Assembly (NCBI RefSeq): GCF_041956535.1 | Contig: NW_027192196.1 | Location: 576,921-640,920 of the forward strand | From: Calcarisporiella thermophila CBS 279.70 | Lineage: Eukaryota; Fungi; Calcarisporiellomycota | Length of the DNA stretch: 64,000 bases | Direction of reading: 5' to 3' | Shown here: piece after piece, positions 27,022-39,734 of the stretch | Layout: each line of letters opens with the position of its first letter | Numbering within the stretch: position 1 is the stretch's first letter | Notes under the pieces: model-generated | Database searches by the model: none | The model's input: the letters and a program-made list of their open reading frames with translations, nothing else | Told to the model about the DNA's origin: nothing | Program-made: the position numbers and the translations under genes

Positions 27022-28910
27022 ATGTCAAAACTTGTCCCTATTGCATATATCACGTCAATTTTGCGTGACTTAAAATTAATGAAGATAAATGATATCTTCC
27101 CCGTTCTACAGAGATCTCTGGGCTCCTTGAGCCCCCGTAAAATCCTTCTTCTCTACCTTCTTTACCTCATCGTGAAATACCCTAATCGCGCAATCGGATC
27201 CCGCCGCTACAGCGGAAAGGGGGCTACCGTTGTAACCGAGTTCCCTTTGTTGGGAAGCTTTCCTGTTCTTTTTTGGTTCCGCCATAGTATTCTTGAATTG
27301 ATGCTTTGGTCGAGGCGGCGATATGGTCCTTGCTTCACCTTGACATTTCCACTTTTCCCTCGAATTTTTGTCATTACCGATCCCCAGCTTATCGAGCATG
27401 TTCTGAAAGGGAGTTTTGAGGATTTTGAAAAAGGATACGAGCTTAGCAAACGGTTGAGACCATTGCTGGGCAACGGGATCTTTAACTGTGTAAGAGGAAG
27501 AAATAATATCTTCCAATTCTATCCCCCTAACCAGCTAAGCTATACACAAAATAGGATGGTGACAGGTGGAGAAGACAGCGCAAGACGGTAGCGCAATGCA
27601 AACGAGGATATTTTACCTTGACATGCTTATCGTTTTTTTTTCTTGCAGGCGTCACACGTGTTCAACGTGAAGAATTTCCGTGAACTTACCACAGGCATTT
27701 TCCGTGAAGAATCCAAACTCGTGGTAAAAGTGCTCGAGCAGTACGCAGAGAGTGGCCAAGAATTCAATCTTAGCGACGTGTTCTTCCGCTTCACTCTGGA
27801 CACTTTCGGGAAACTTTCGTTTGGCACTTCCTTTAATTGCCTTGAAAGACCCCAAGACCCCATTCCGTTTGCAGTAGCTTTTGATCAAGCTCAAACTATC
27901 GTGGACATGCGTTTTAAGAATGTGTTCTATCAGGTAAGCGAATTGTTAACGGGAGCCAAGGAGAGATTACAACGGGCGACAAAAGTTGTGGACGAGTACG
28001 CATATCAGGTCATCGAGAGTCGCCGTCAAGAGATCAGAGATAGGGGAGCGGAAAAGACGAGAAAGAAGGACTTACTGGATATGTTTATCGATTATCGTGA
28101 TGAGAATGGGAAAGGGCTCTCGGATGCGGAGCTTCGTGATGTGGTGATTAATTTTATGCTTGCGGGTTGGGGCGAATAATAAAATTAGAAGGTTCTCTTG
28201 GCATATTAAAGACACTTTCTTTTTAGGACGAGACACTACCGCTCAGCAGCTCTCATGGCAATATCTCATGATGATGCGACATCCTGATATTCAGCAGCGC
28301 GCTCGTGAAGAGCTACAACAATTCGACCCGGATGAAATTGATTACGACACGCTACGTTCTCTGCACTATTGCCTAAGTCTATTTAATGAAACACTACGCC
28401 TTTACCCTTCCGTTCCACGAAATGCCAAATTTGCTGTCAAGGATAGCGTTCTTCCAAACGGAGCTCTCGTGAAGAAAGGCGACGCGGTAGCTTTTAGCCC
28501 CTATGTGTTGGGGCGATTGACCGAGGTATGGGGCCCTGATGCAGAGCAGTTTAATCCGGAGCGATGGTTAGAAAGAGATGCCGTCGGAAACGTGGTGGGT
28601 GTGAAAAGGGAGTCGCCTTCCAAATTTCCGGCTTTTCATGCAGGGCCGCGAACCTGGTATGTACCCCCTTATCTTCAATGGATATGGCGCATTTTCTAAT
28701 AACCATTTTATTTTATTCTTTTGAAGTCTGGGCCAGACCTTTGCCACCCTTGAGTCCCTCCTTCTTACATCGCAGCTTCTCACTCGGTTTGAATTCACCC
28801 TCTCCCCGACCTTCATCGAGCGAGAACGCAGAGCCACCGAGCCACTCTACGCGCCTTCCTTGACTATGCCAATGCGGCGCCCGCTTCTAGTCAAAGTGCG
28901 CAAGCTCTAG
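27022..28910 (+). CDS. Cytochrome P450, fatty-acid hydroxylase-like (CYP86/CYP704-like)
   Basis: LLGNGIFNC|DGDRWRRQRK, I-helix NFMLAG|RDTT, ETLRLYPSVP, FNPERW and heme motif FHAGPRT|CLGQTFA (the Cys codon is split by an intron). Four introns. Confidence 0.93.
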
Positions 28911-29358
28911 ATCTTCTTCACAGATAGCCAAAAATGACCCCTCCATGCTAATAGCCCTCTTCTCTATCCTATACCTGCAGTGTACTCGTTTTCTATTTCA
29001 CACCAGATGATTTCTAAATATACATAGGCTTATCTAATTCGCTGCCTAATCGTATTATAAATAATTTTAAATTAAAATTTGGATAGAAACCCACGCCATT
29101 AGTTCCTAAGAAAGAGAACAGAACCGTTTTACTTTTTTTTTTCCTCGTAAGACGAGATTCATATCTTAGACAAAGAATAGAACAGTTCATTTTCTTTCTC
29201 AGCGCAATAAGAACTCAGAAGCCTATTTCACCTCTATTGTCACAAGACCTACTGGATTCCGCAGTACCCTACTCTCCTCCACATTCCATGAAATTCATCT
29301 GACACCTCTAAATATAGACGCTTGTCTCAACATACCAACACTCTTCCCCACCCCCACC

Positions 29359-30801
29359 ATGTTAAATACGCTGAGACCTCCAATAGAATACATGTCGGCG
29401 AATCAGCAGAATAATGGGCAGTCAAGAACGCCGATCGGGGCTGGAAGTGGGATGGTGCCAGTCGGAATGCAATCTTTAGGGTAAGCTACTCTAAAATACC
29501 GCTTTGGATCCATTGGGGCTCGTGTTTAATTTAATTTTTCAATTGGATCCCACGATAGAGGATTCGATGGCGGAGGTGCAGTGTTAAGATTAATGTCTTA
29601 TAGCGAAAAGATGACACCACCCCCGAATGTAGGACCAGATCATGGGATATGATCCTCTCTTGAAATTAGAATAATCATGCTCTGTCTTTCTATCCTAATT
29701 GCTAGGAAAACTCTACTGATTACTGGAAGGGATTTGTAGAGTCATTCTATGCTGAAAATGGAGTGATGCGCCTCGCTCTATTCGACACCGATAGGAAGGA
29801 ATTACGAAATTTCGGTGGGTCTAAAATAGTATTTGACTTTTAGGTTTATTGATGGCACATGCTAAAATATTTGCTTTTTGATCTTTAAGATCTGCCCGCA
29901 CCATTCCTGCACCGATTCTACCATATGCTTTATGATATGGGAGGGGTGGCATCGATTCAGCTAGTGTTTGAAAGTACTCAGGAATTTCTCCAAGCGCCCA
30001 ACTCAAGAATGGTTGTATGTCCGCATGCTTCCATGATATATCACTATCAGAATGGTGTCAAGGTGAGGGATTGGTATTGTCTGATGGCACTTTGTCAGAC
30101 GTTTGATGGAGTCCTTCTGTAGGTGATCAATGTGGGCCGTTTACGGTGCGTGTTCGACCCGAAGATCAAGTATTTCGAGTTTATAACCCAGCACCATGAG
30201 GAATATTTGCCACGCTCTATGTTAAAGCAGCTGCAAGAGGACGGGAGTTTATACGAAGATAAGGCGTCCGAGAAGGCTAGGCGAAACTCAAAATCACAGA
30301 AGGGCTTGGCTATCAATGGCGGGGAAATACTGATCCCACCGCGAACGGTGACTTCTTTCGGGCTCCCGGAGCAAACCATGCGAGTGCTAGAGATGTTTGA
30401 GGGAATGTGGATGTTGAGAGATTTAATGCAGATGTGTCATTCACAGAATTCTTCACCCACAGGTAAGAACATTGAAATTTCCTCTCTTCTGCCCTTTTCC
30501 TCGCCAAAGCGTTTAGTTGAAATCGTGTAATTCTCTTTTCTTCCTATCACTGACGGCGCATCCTCCTCCTTTTTATTTAGAGAGCCTTCACTTATTCACA
30601 CAAAATGTCACATCAGCACCCTTCACAAACCCACCCATGACCGCCACCGAGCAGGTACCCGGAGTAACGACGCTCCACCATGGCCTTCCTTCCCCCGCAA
30701 CGCAAACCTCCCAATATCCCTCTACTCCGCCCAATTCACAAAAGCTAACGGATTCTACTACAAGTTCGCATCCAACCTCTACTCTCCAACAATGGCTTTA
30801 A
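29359..30801 (+). CDS. LIM-domain-binding (LDB/Mfg1/PtaB/SEUSS-like) transcriptional co-regulator
   Basis: Spliced peptides GAVLRLMSYSE, DYWKGFVESFY, CPHASMIYHYQNG, GRLRCVFDPKIKYFEFITQHHEEYLPR and FGLPEQTMRVLE follow the LIM_bind pattern. Confidence 0.8.
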
Positions 30802-31086
30802 GTTTTTGTTCTAAATTCTCCTCTGTTAATTTTATTGTGATTATGTATTCATTTATTTTATTTTATTTTATACTATATTATTTTATTTTATAAATACATA
30901 AAATTTTGATATAATTTTGGCGATAACGGCTTGTTTATTAAGAGGAAAAAAAGAGAGAGAGAAAGGTAGAGAGAGAAAGCGTGTTCTTCGAAGAGAGAGC
31001 GCAGAAAGGTAAAGATAGAAAAGGCCATGATTAGGAGAGCTTAAGAGTTTATGTACAGTGTGAAATAACTGGGTAGAATACAGAAT

Positions 31087-32026
31087 CTAACTGTCACGCG
31101 GGGGTCTTCCTCTTCTTTTAGCTCCACTACGTCTGCGGGATGTAGAGGTGGTAGTGGTGGAGGAGGCAGGGGTGGAGGGATTGGATGCTTGAATAGAGGG
31201 TCGTCCAGGGGCGGAAGACTTTTCAAGTCTCCGTTGCTCAAGGTATCTAAAAGAGAAACATCCACCACCCAAGTCAATATCCAAAGGCTAAATGGGCACC
31301 AGCGCCGAGAAAAAAAAGAAAAGAGTCAACCCTACCTTGCCATTTGTTGATCCAACTCATCCTGCAGGTTTGGCAGTTTCCTAAGTTGATGCTGTATCCG
31401 CTTCTTGTCAACCTCTTCCTTGAGGGGTTCATACGATTCCTCTCTTATTCGCTTAAGCCTCTCGCGAAGCCCATCACGCTCTGCTTTCACGTTGCGCTCC
31501 ACCTCGGTCACCTGCCCATATTAACACCATTAAGCCAATAAAGAATCGTAGTACAAAAGAGAGAATATATATAACGGAAGGAAGAGATACCGATTCGATA
31601 TCCCGCTGTAGCCCCCGTAACATCTCACACAGCTCTAGCTTCTCGCGTTGCAAACGGCCTCGCTCTAATGACACTTCGTCCAGCAGGTGTTCTTTTTGTT
31701 CCAGTTGTTCCTGCAACTCAAAAAGCTGCTGCTTCAAGTCTCCTAATGCATCTTGCTTTCCCCTAGAAAGCATTGGAAAGAATAAATAGTAATACAATGA
31801 ATATGCAACTCGGTTGGGTATTTGCAGCGCTTGTTGTAGTTACTTCAAATCTGAGAGAGCCGCGAGATCTCGAACAATTTTGTCATTAGAATTATCCTCA
31901 TTCTCGTTCCTATTTGAAAATAATAGAGATTGACAAATCCGCCAGCCAATTTTAGATTTATAATTGGGTTGAGCTCTAGAAAAGTTTAGTTACTGACACT
32001 AATGCTTGCACTTGCTCCGCTGCCAT
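31087..32026 (-). CDS. Small coiled-coil protein with C-terminal AT-hook
   Basis: Five inferred exons, including LKQQLFELQEQLEQKE and ERDGLRERLKRIREESYEPLKEEVD, ending KRRGRPPRDS*. Confidence 0.65.
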
Positions 32027-32173
32027 GCTGTAGCGGGATCCTCTAGAGGTTATGACTGTGTATGCAAAAAACGATTTAGGGCACACTTTAATCTCTTGTG
32101 GCTTGTGCAAATCCTTATCAAGGATTCGTGAGTTGTTTTCTTTATTTTATTAATTGCTGACAACATTATAGCG

Positions 32174-32598
32174 ATGCTGGGCTCGATTTTCTCACAAGGT
32201 AATGTCTTACTCTCGTAGAGAGCGCTATTTTACGGTGATTCAAGATCTTTGACAATCGGAGATAGCGATTTAAAAAAAAGTGAATTATTAATTATGCTAT
32301 CCTTTTTTGCTTATAGTCATTCCTGCCTTTAGGCCAGCCACTTCGATGGTCACAAGTATCAGATCCATGTCTTATAAAATGAAGACCCACTCTGGTTCTA
32401 AGAAAAGGTCCAATCTGTTTTATCTAGTCTCGTAGCCTATTCTCGAATCCTTAACTTTTCTCTTTCAATTCTAGGTGGATTCCTGCTGGCGGAAAATTCA
32501 AGCGTATGAATTGCCGCTCTACCAATCTGACAATGTCTTATGCGAACAAAGCACAAAAAAATGCACTGAAACGGTTGATGCCTTATGCTTCCTCATAG
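32174..32598 (+). CDS. Mitochondrial ribosomal protein bL35m (short form)
   Basis: Not in the ORF track. Exons 32174-32198, 32318-32407 and 32475-32598 give a presequence-like N-terminus followed by YKMKTHSGSKKRWIPAGGKFKR...YANKAQKNALKRLMPY. Confidence 0.8.
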
Positions 32599-32918
32599 TT
32601 GTACTATTCGTTTCTTGATTAGACACTCTTCAATTGGACAAAGATAGAATTAAACATACTCGGGCGAATTTATTCTGCCTATCCTACAATGATCTATTCA
32701 TTTTTTTATCCCTCTACTCTTTTTTCTCTCTTTTCTCTTTTTCTTTTCCCTGTCAATAGCAATCTTTTATTACTCCCTCAAAATCCCTTACACCGAAGGA
32801 AAGCCTTGTGACTGCCATTCACTCGCTGAGCTAAATTCTAATTCTTAATTACTCGATAAGCCACATATTTACTATTTCAATCTTAATATCTGCATCCTCA
32901 GACACTGTGTACAATCCG

Positions 32919-34254
32919 ATGGCCACCTCTACCACCGAAAATTGTCCCTCAATAATGTCTACCGAAGAGGAAATTCCTCAATCATACACGGCCGCAGATC
33001 TGCTCCAAAGAGTCGCTAGCTACATAGAATCTTGTGAATATGATCTTGCTAGGACATTTTGCTTACGCGCTCTAGACCTGGAGCCCGAGAATGTACATGT
33101 GCTGGAGATGCTCGGTCAAGTGGAAGCTGAGCTTGGGATGTTCGAGGAGGCGGTTAGCGTATGTGGTTTTTTCCCTGCAACATCTGATATTTAGGTGCTA
33201 ACCATCTTCATTTTAATAGAGATTTCAAAGGGCGATTCAACTCGAGCCCAACAAGGGCTACTCGAAGTATCTTTATCTCGGTCAGCTCTCCACTGCTTTG
33301 GAATCTATTGCCTATTATCGGCGGGGAGTTGAACTACTGGTAGAGGAACGGAGCCGAATGCCTGAGAGTAGCGAAGAAGCACTAGCCCATGCCCGCAAAA
33401 TTTCATCTGCATTATGCTCTATGACTGAAATATACCTGACAGATTGTTGGTAATTGTAATTCTCCCACCTATTCTGTTCATCCCACATGTGCTGATTAGT
33501 TTTATCAAAAGTTTTGAGCCGGATGCCGAACAGAAATGTGAAGAGTTTTTAAGTCAAGCGGCTAGCATAGATCCAGAAAATCCAGAGGTTTATCAGCTTC
33601 TTGCCTCTGTTAGGCTAAGCCAGTGCAGGAATGAAGAGGCCCAACAGGCAATCGAAAAAAGCATGGACTTATGGATTCAGAAAGAGCCAGGTAGTTTCCT
33701 TTGTTCTCGGCCTATTTTTAAGCCTTTCAAATCTAGTTCGATTTTTTGACACTTTTCTCTCTATACAGGCCACCCATCCATTCCCCAATACGATTCGCGT
33801 ATTGCCCTTACCAAACTTCTTCTTGAAATGTCACTCCACGAACGTGCAATGACCGTGCTCGGTGGCCTTCAAAAAGAGAACGACCAGAGTGTTGACCTAT
33901 GGTATTTGTATGGCTGGACATACAATTGTATGATGGAGGAAGCAACGGATCCGGAAGCAAAACGCGAGCTCATGGACGATATGCGGGAGTGCTTGGAAAA
34001 CGCAATCAAGGTATCTTATTAAGTTTGCGTGAAAGCACAAGAAATTCAACGACTTATATCGATTTTCCAAATTCCTATAATAGCTCTACCATCAGTTGGA
34101 TCATGACGATGAACCAATTCTTGAACATTGCCAGGAATTATTGTCCACGCTCCCCCCCGCGGAAGGTAACACAGCTGAAGAGGAAGAGGAGGACGGAGCA
34201 GAAGATGAAGATCAGTGGGAAGATGAGGAAGACGATGACGCAATGGAGATGTGA
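32919..34254 (+). CDS. ACL4: TPR protein, Acl4-like (assembly chaperone of Rpl4)
   Basis: TPR helices, GYSKYLYLGQL, ALCSMTEIYLTDCCFEPDAEQKCE, PEVYQLLASVRLSQ, VDLWYLYGW and an acidic tail. Confidence 0.85.
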
Positions 34255-35366
34255 ACGTTGTTATACATATTTAACCCCAAAAAATAGTCACATTGAAAAG
34301 AAGAAGAAAATACCATCCCTTTATATTGTATATTAATTGATCCAACCGCTATTTGACCATTTTTTTTTTTTCCTACTTGTTCTCTCTTTGTTTTCCCTCT
34401 CGCTTTTCAAGCTTCTTCCCGATTTTATATATGGAATAATGAATAAAAACATAGAAAAGTCGGCTTTTATGCATTCTTAACTGCTTTGCCTTCCAATTAG
34501 ATAGATTCCTGCCAATGAGCGACAATCCTGCTTTCGGGTTGATGTTGGACAGAAATAAGCTAGGCCAAAAGCATCAGGGTAAAAACTCTTTATTACGGCT
34601 AATATTTACGGGAAAAAAAGGATTTAATAATTAAACAGAATTAAGTAATCCTCTTTGTTCCAAAGTGGCCTTACTTCTAGAGCATGGCTGAGTGGTGTCG
34701 AACAAGCTATGGATCGATTTTGGCCCAATTGGACCGCCTCCATCCAAGCCTTGTTTCTTCTTCCACGCGACAGAGGCGTGGTCCTCGTGGAGGAAGCAGG
34801 CTCGCTCTCCGTAGGCGCTAGCGCATCTGCATTGCAGAGCTGAGCAAGGTGCGCAGGCGTTGCCGTGTGAGAAGGCTTTTACTGTTACTCCAGAATGTCG
34901 GTGATAAGCTGTAAAAATTGCGAATGATCGGACCTTTCCCTTAGCAAGTCCGTGCACAAAGTACCCTGTTTCTGGATAATTAGAGTTAATTAAATATTTG
35001 CACGACAAGAAATGAAAAAAAACCGATCGTGGCATCACACAACGAAAACACAACTCAAGGTTTATCCTTGTCCCGACTAAAATCGGCCTGCGCTTTATTT
35101 TCCAACTCTGCACCACCTTTCACTTCAACACGGCTGCCGTGGCCCGCTCCCCTTCCTATCCAGTCCTTTTTCTCTGCAACGCTCCCACTCCTTTGTACGC
35201 CACACACTTCCATCCGAACACTCTTGTATCGTTAATGACCTTTATATAGTGTCCCATACTCATACTCCTTCTTTCCTCCTCCCGCCCTTACTTTGGCTTT
35301 TTCATACTCGATATTCAAGAGCGAACCAACCGATCTCTCATCTGATTTCCCCTTCTGTCCCATCTG

Positions 35367-36366
35367 ATGGCTCGTATGGATCCGGCAGAAGTGGCCCATT
35401 CTCCCCATAATGGTAAGTGAATTGAGGGGGCTTACGTAACAGCAGTGTAGGTTGACCATCATAGTGGCTATAGACCCTTCTTCCTTGCGTATGCTCTTAC
35501 GCCGCGCTGATAACTCTTCTCAGTGTGTCACCAATTGCCCCGTGCCTCAATGCCCCTCCACCTGTCCGCAGGAACAGAAGTGTGTTTTTGTCACTCGTAC
35601 ATGCGGTGAATGTTCGAAGGCAGTTTGTCTGCCTGTGGGTGGAGAGTCCTCGGGCTCAGGCTCAAGCGGTTCTCCGGTCCCTGTCGTGGTCGGCGGAGTA
35701 CTTGGAGTATTTGTAATTGCAGTTGGGATATATGCTTATAAGCGTTACAGGCGTAAGTCACGGTCGGCAAAGGCACGCAATATGCCACTGGATTCATGGA
35801 AAGACACAAAGAACGAACCAGTGAACCGACAATTGTATACGGGAAGTTTTGCGGCCATGAGCGACCCAAGGAATACGTCCACATCTGCTATCGTTCCCAT
35901 CGGCTATGTTCCGCCCTCAACCCGTGGATCTTCCTACACGAGAACAAGTAGCCCGCGGCTACGAATGTTCGAGGATGGGATGGTTTCAGGAGATGCTGTA
36001 ATTAAGCTACCTGAGAACATCCACCCCTCTCCGCATTTTGCAACCGACGACGCCTACGACGGAATTGGCATGACTCCCTCCACCCCTGAATTAACCACTA
36101 CCGCTACAGCTGCCACTCGAGCCAAACCACAGCTTGTACGGGTCACATCCAAACGGAGCGCTAAAACGGCTGGTACCGATGATTGCCCGTCGTTGCCGGA
36201 CATAGTTTTGCCGGAGGGGGACAGCATTGATCTACAGCAGTGGTCGGCAGTGGAGGATTATTTACTGCGTTTGCCTGAGCCCGAGACGCCGGGTGGATTA
36301 ATGCTGCCCAATCCGTATGGAAACATCCCACGACGAACAACAAAAGACATTCCAAACGGAATATAA
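35367..36366 (+). CDS. OPY2: Opy2-like single-pass membrane anchor
   Basis: Eight-Cys ectodomain CVTNCPVPQCPSTCPQEQKCVFVTRTCGECSKAVC, TM VVVGGVLGVFVIAVGIYAY, basic stop-transfer sequence and IVPIGYVP. Intron 35413-35473. Confidence 0.82.
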
Positions 36367-37752
36367 TATGCAACCTAGTGTGTTTGTTTTTTGTGTGTGT
36401 TTATTTTAATTTTTTGGCTACTGAACCCTCAGTGCTTCAGTCATGTTTCTTGTAATTGTTCTTTTTTTATTTGGGACAAATACCCTTACCCCTACCCCTC
36501 TATTAACACTTTTATTTTATATCATATTTCTCTTCGCAGCTCAATTCTCCATACTCAATATTTAACATTATAAAAAGTACAGATTACTCATCCTTGCTAT
36601 GCGTCTGATTACCCGTGCGATGCTGGTCTGGTACTGCTCATATTACCTTAGGACGGTCGATTCTATTGTTGAAACATAAGGCAACTTGAAACTGAAGAGA
36701 TACTTTTTACAAGATTCGAGAAGAAATAATGAATGGAGTTGTGGATACAAAGCTAGGACAAAGCTTCTCCGCTAACCGAATAACGGGTGCCGAGAGATCG
36801 CTCCATGGCGATATAATATCTACTAAAGTATTGATATATTTGGAATTTCATTATCGCAGATGCATCTCATAAAATTATTTGTGCCTTGAGAGTGTGGCAA
36901 ATTTTTGGGTATCGAGTAGAAGTTTCATCTTAATTATCTTGTGTCAAGCTCGAGCAAAGCATAAAGACATCATTTATTGTTCCAAAGTAGGCGCAAAGAA
37001 TTAGTATTAAATGTCTCAATGATATTATCATTGGTAGGTTACACTACAAAGATTTAATAATGGATATTTGCAAGAAGGGCTAGGCGTTTTCATAGTGCTC
37101 TTCATTCTCGCACTCAATGTATTTCTATCTACCGCCTTTCGGCTTGGGCCTGCGGCAATTTCGAGAGAATTCAAGCCTCGCTAAAATCTGGCCATTAGCA
37201 TGGTCGGTGAAATGGTATGTCAGTCCTATAATACGATATCCTGTGAAGTGGAATAGGGCTAACTTTTAGCCATCACCTCAAGGCATTTTCAGTTCGATCT
37301 CAAGGATCCTGGGAAGAACACTCAATGATATGGAAATCTGGACACGTCACCTGCTCAAGATTACTTTAAATGGAATGTGCTCACGGTCGTTTGAAAATAG
37401 GCTCTTCATTTAACTTATTGAAAGCTACAGATTAATAATGGATTGTCGTGAGCAGAGGCCAATTACATCATCGCTGAAGTCATCTCTATTTTATTGAAAA
37501 TGCTCAGATCCCCTTTGAATGAGCATTTAAATAGCATGCAGAGGATAAGGGAAGGAGGACATTCGTTCCATTTCCATTTTCTCTAAATTAAACTCTCTGT
37601 AAACGAATCGGGCGTTTCGTGTCAGAGAAACTAAAATCAGAGGGAGAAAATCATCACAAGGCAAGTCCCCAAGTATATATCAACCGTGTGCACCAAGGAA
37701 GTGTTCGAAACTCATCCAAGCTTTGAATTTTTCAATATACTCTTTCAAAACG

Positions 37753-38884
37753 ATGACTGACGCTTCCACTAATCTGATGAAAGCCATCTCCCAAACGGAG
37801 AAAGGCCCTTCGTCTGTGCTCAAGGTGATCGAGGTCCCGAAGCCTACTGCTAGGGGCCATGACCTCGTCGTGAAGATCAAGGCCGTCTCAGTCAATCCCT
37901 TGGATATTCTGGTGCGAAAGAGCCCTGAAGCTTTTTCCATCAAGGATAAGCACGTCATTGCCGGGTGGGATGCATCGGGGACGGTAGAAGCGGTAGGAGA
38001 GCGGGTGACGCGCTTCGAGATTGGGGACGAAGTTTTCTTTGCTGGGTCGCTCAACCGCCCCGGCAGCAATGCAGAATATGCACTGGTAGATGAGCGTATC
38101 ACAGGCCATAGGCCAAAATCTCTAAGTTGGGAGGATGCTGCGGCCCTTCCCCTCACCTCCTTAGCTGCATGGGAGGCATTAGTCGAAAAGATGCGCATCC
38201 CAGTTGCTACATCCTCCGAGACGAACCCAAAATCTCTTCTGATCATTGCCGGGGCAGGCGGAGTCGGCAGCATTGCCATCAGCATTGCCTCCAAAATCCT
38301 CAACCTCTCTACTGTAGTCGCCACTGCCTCTCGCCCCGAAACGGCCGAATATTGCAAGGCGCGAGGAGCGACCCACATCATCAATCACCGGGAGCCTCTC
38401 CGCCCTCAACTTGATAAGGCTGGGATAGCCGTCGACTATGTGTTCATTTGTTATGATGCTGATCAATATATTGTGCAGGCGTTCGACCTCGTCAAACCTC
38501 TAGGACATGTAGTCAGCATTGCTTCTTTATCTGAGAATGTTTCTCTTGGGAAGTGGGTGAGTTTGAAAAAAAAAAAACCTTTGTTAATTTTGTTAATTTG
38601 GCCCTATTCAAGCCTAAATTTTTTTAAAAAAAATTTAGAGGATGAAGTCAGTCTCATTCTCATGGGAGGCTATGTTCACCAAATCGATCACTGGCGAGTG
38701 TATTGAAACGCAAGGACACATTCTCGATGAAATTTCCCGTCGGGTGGATCAAGGGCTGCTTCAAACGACAGCTTCCCAGCGCTATCGATTCAACGTGGAG
38801 AACTTGAAAATGGCACATGACTTGGTAGAAAGTGGAAAAGGAGCTGGCAGGATTGTACTTAGGGTGGAGGATACAGATTGGTGA
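37753..38884 (+). CDS. MDR-superfamily oxidoreductase (zinc-binding alcohol dehydrogenase family / quinone oxidoreductase-like)
   Basis: AVSVNPLD, GWDASGTVEAVG, GSNAEYALVDERI, AAALPLTSLAAWEAL, AGAGGVGS, and AHDLVESGKGAGRIVL. One intron at ~38557-38638. Confidence 0.9.
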
Positions 38885-39734
38885 TAGGTGAAGGATCAAT
38901 GAAAACGAGAGACTCCTACAGGAGAGGGAAACCTTTTGTTTTATCAACCAAGCTATTATACCATTTTCTTATAATAAATAGGTTTTAGTTTATGAAAGTT
39001 TGGCTCCTCACATAACGTTAGTGAAGCTTCAGACAATTGATTGTCACCATAGAAAATTGAATATAAATCTTCCAAACCACAACTGCCTAATGAAGGTAAG
39101 CCCAATTATTTTTGTTAACATTAAACTATATTCAATTTTTTTTTTTACTTTCGGGTTTTAGTCGAACATGCTGTCAAATAGGTGGGGATATTGAATTAAA
39201 TATAACTTTCAGCTGACGCTCCCCTTTGAAGAAATCTGCAACGCTTTTTTCTATCATGCTGAGAAAGCCCGGATGTTTGATAAATTCATTATCTGGTATG
39301 TCAAGTATTGGAAACCCAAAACAAAATATAGGATGCTATCTCCCCCCCCCATTTTGGGCTTAGAGGTCCCATTGCAGTCTATGGAATATCTAATTAGACA
39401 TGTCATCGAACACATATCAGAGATAACTACCGGAATTGATAAGAAAAAAGAAATTCGAATTTGAATGAATTCTATTTTTGTTCTCTTGTTGTGTGAGATA
39501 ACTCTCCTCTCCTCACATGTCATTCCTATCACGGAAATTCACACTTGAAGATCGATAAAAAAATTAGATCATAATTTATAGATTGGTAATAGATTATAAT
39601 TCGGGGAGAGAAGGCGGGGAGCGGGGTAATAAATGAAATTGACAAATGTAAAAATGCAAGAGACTATACTGATGTATTTATATGTGTATGTATATAATTA
39701 TAATTTAGGATAGCACGGGGTTAAGCCTATTGGA

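Noticed and set aside
34660-34880. GC-rich stretch with imperfect hairpins, considered as SRP or other ncRNA
   Set aside because: No SRP helix-8 or RNase P/MRP signatures. It is more simply read as the Opy2 promoter island.
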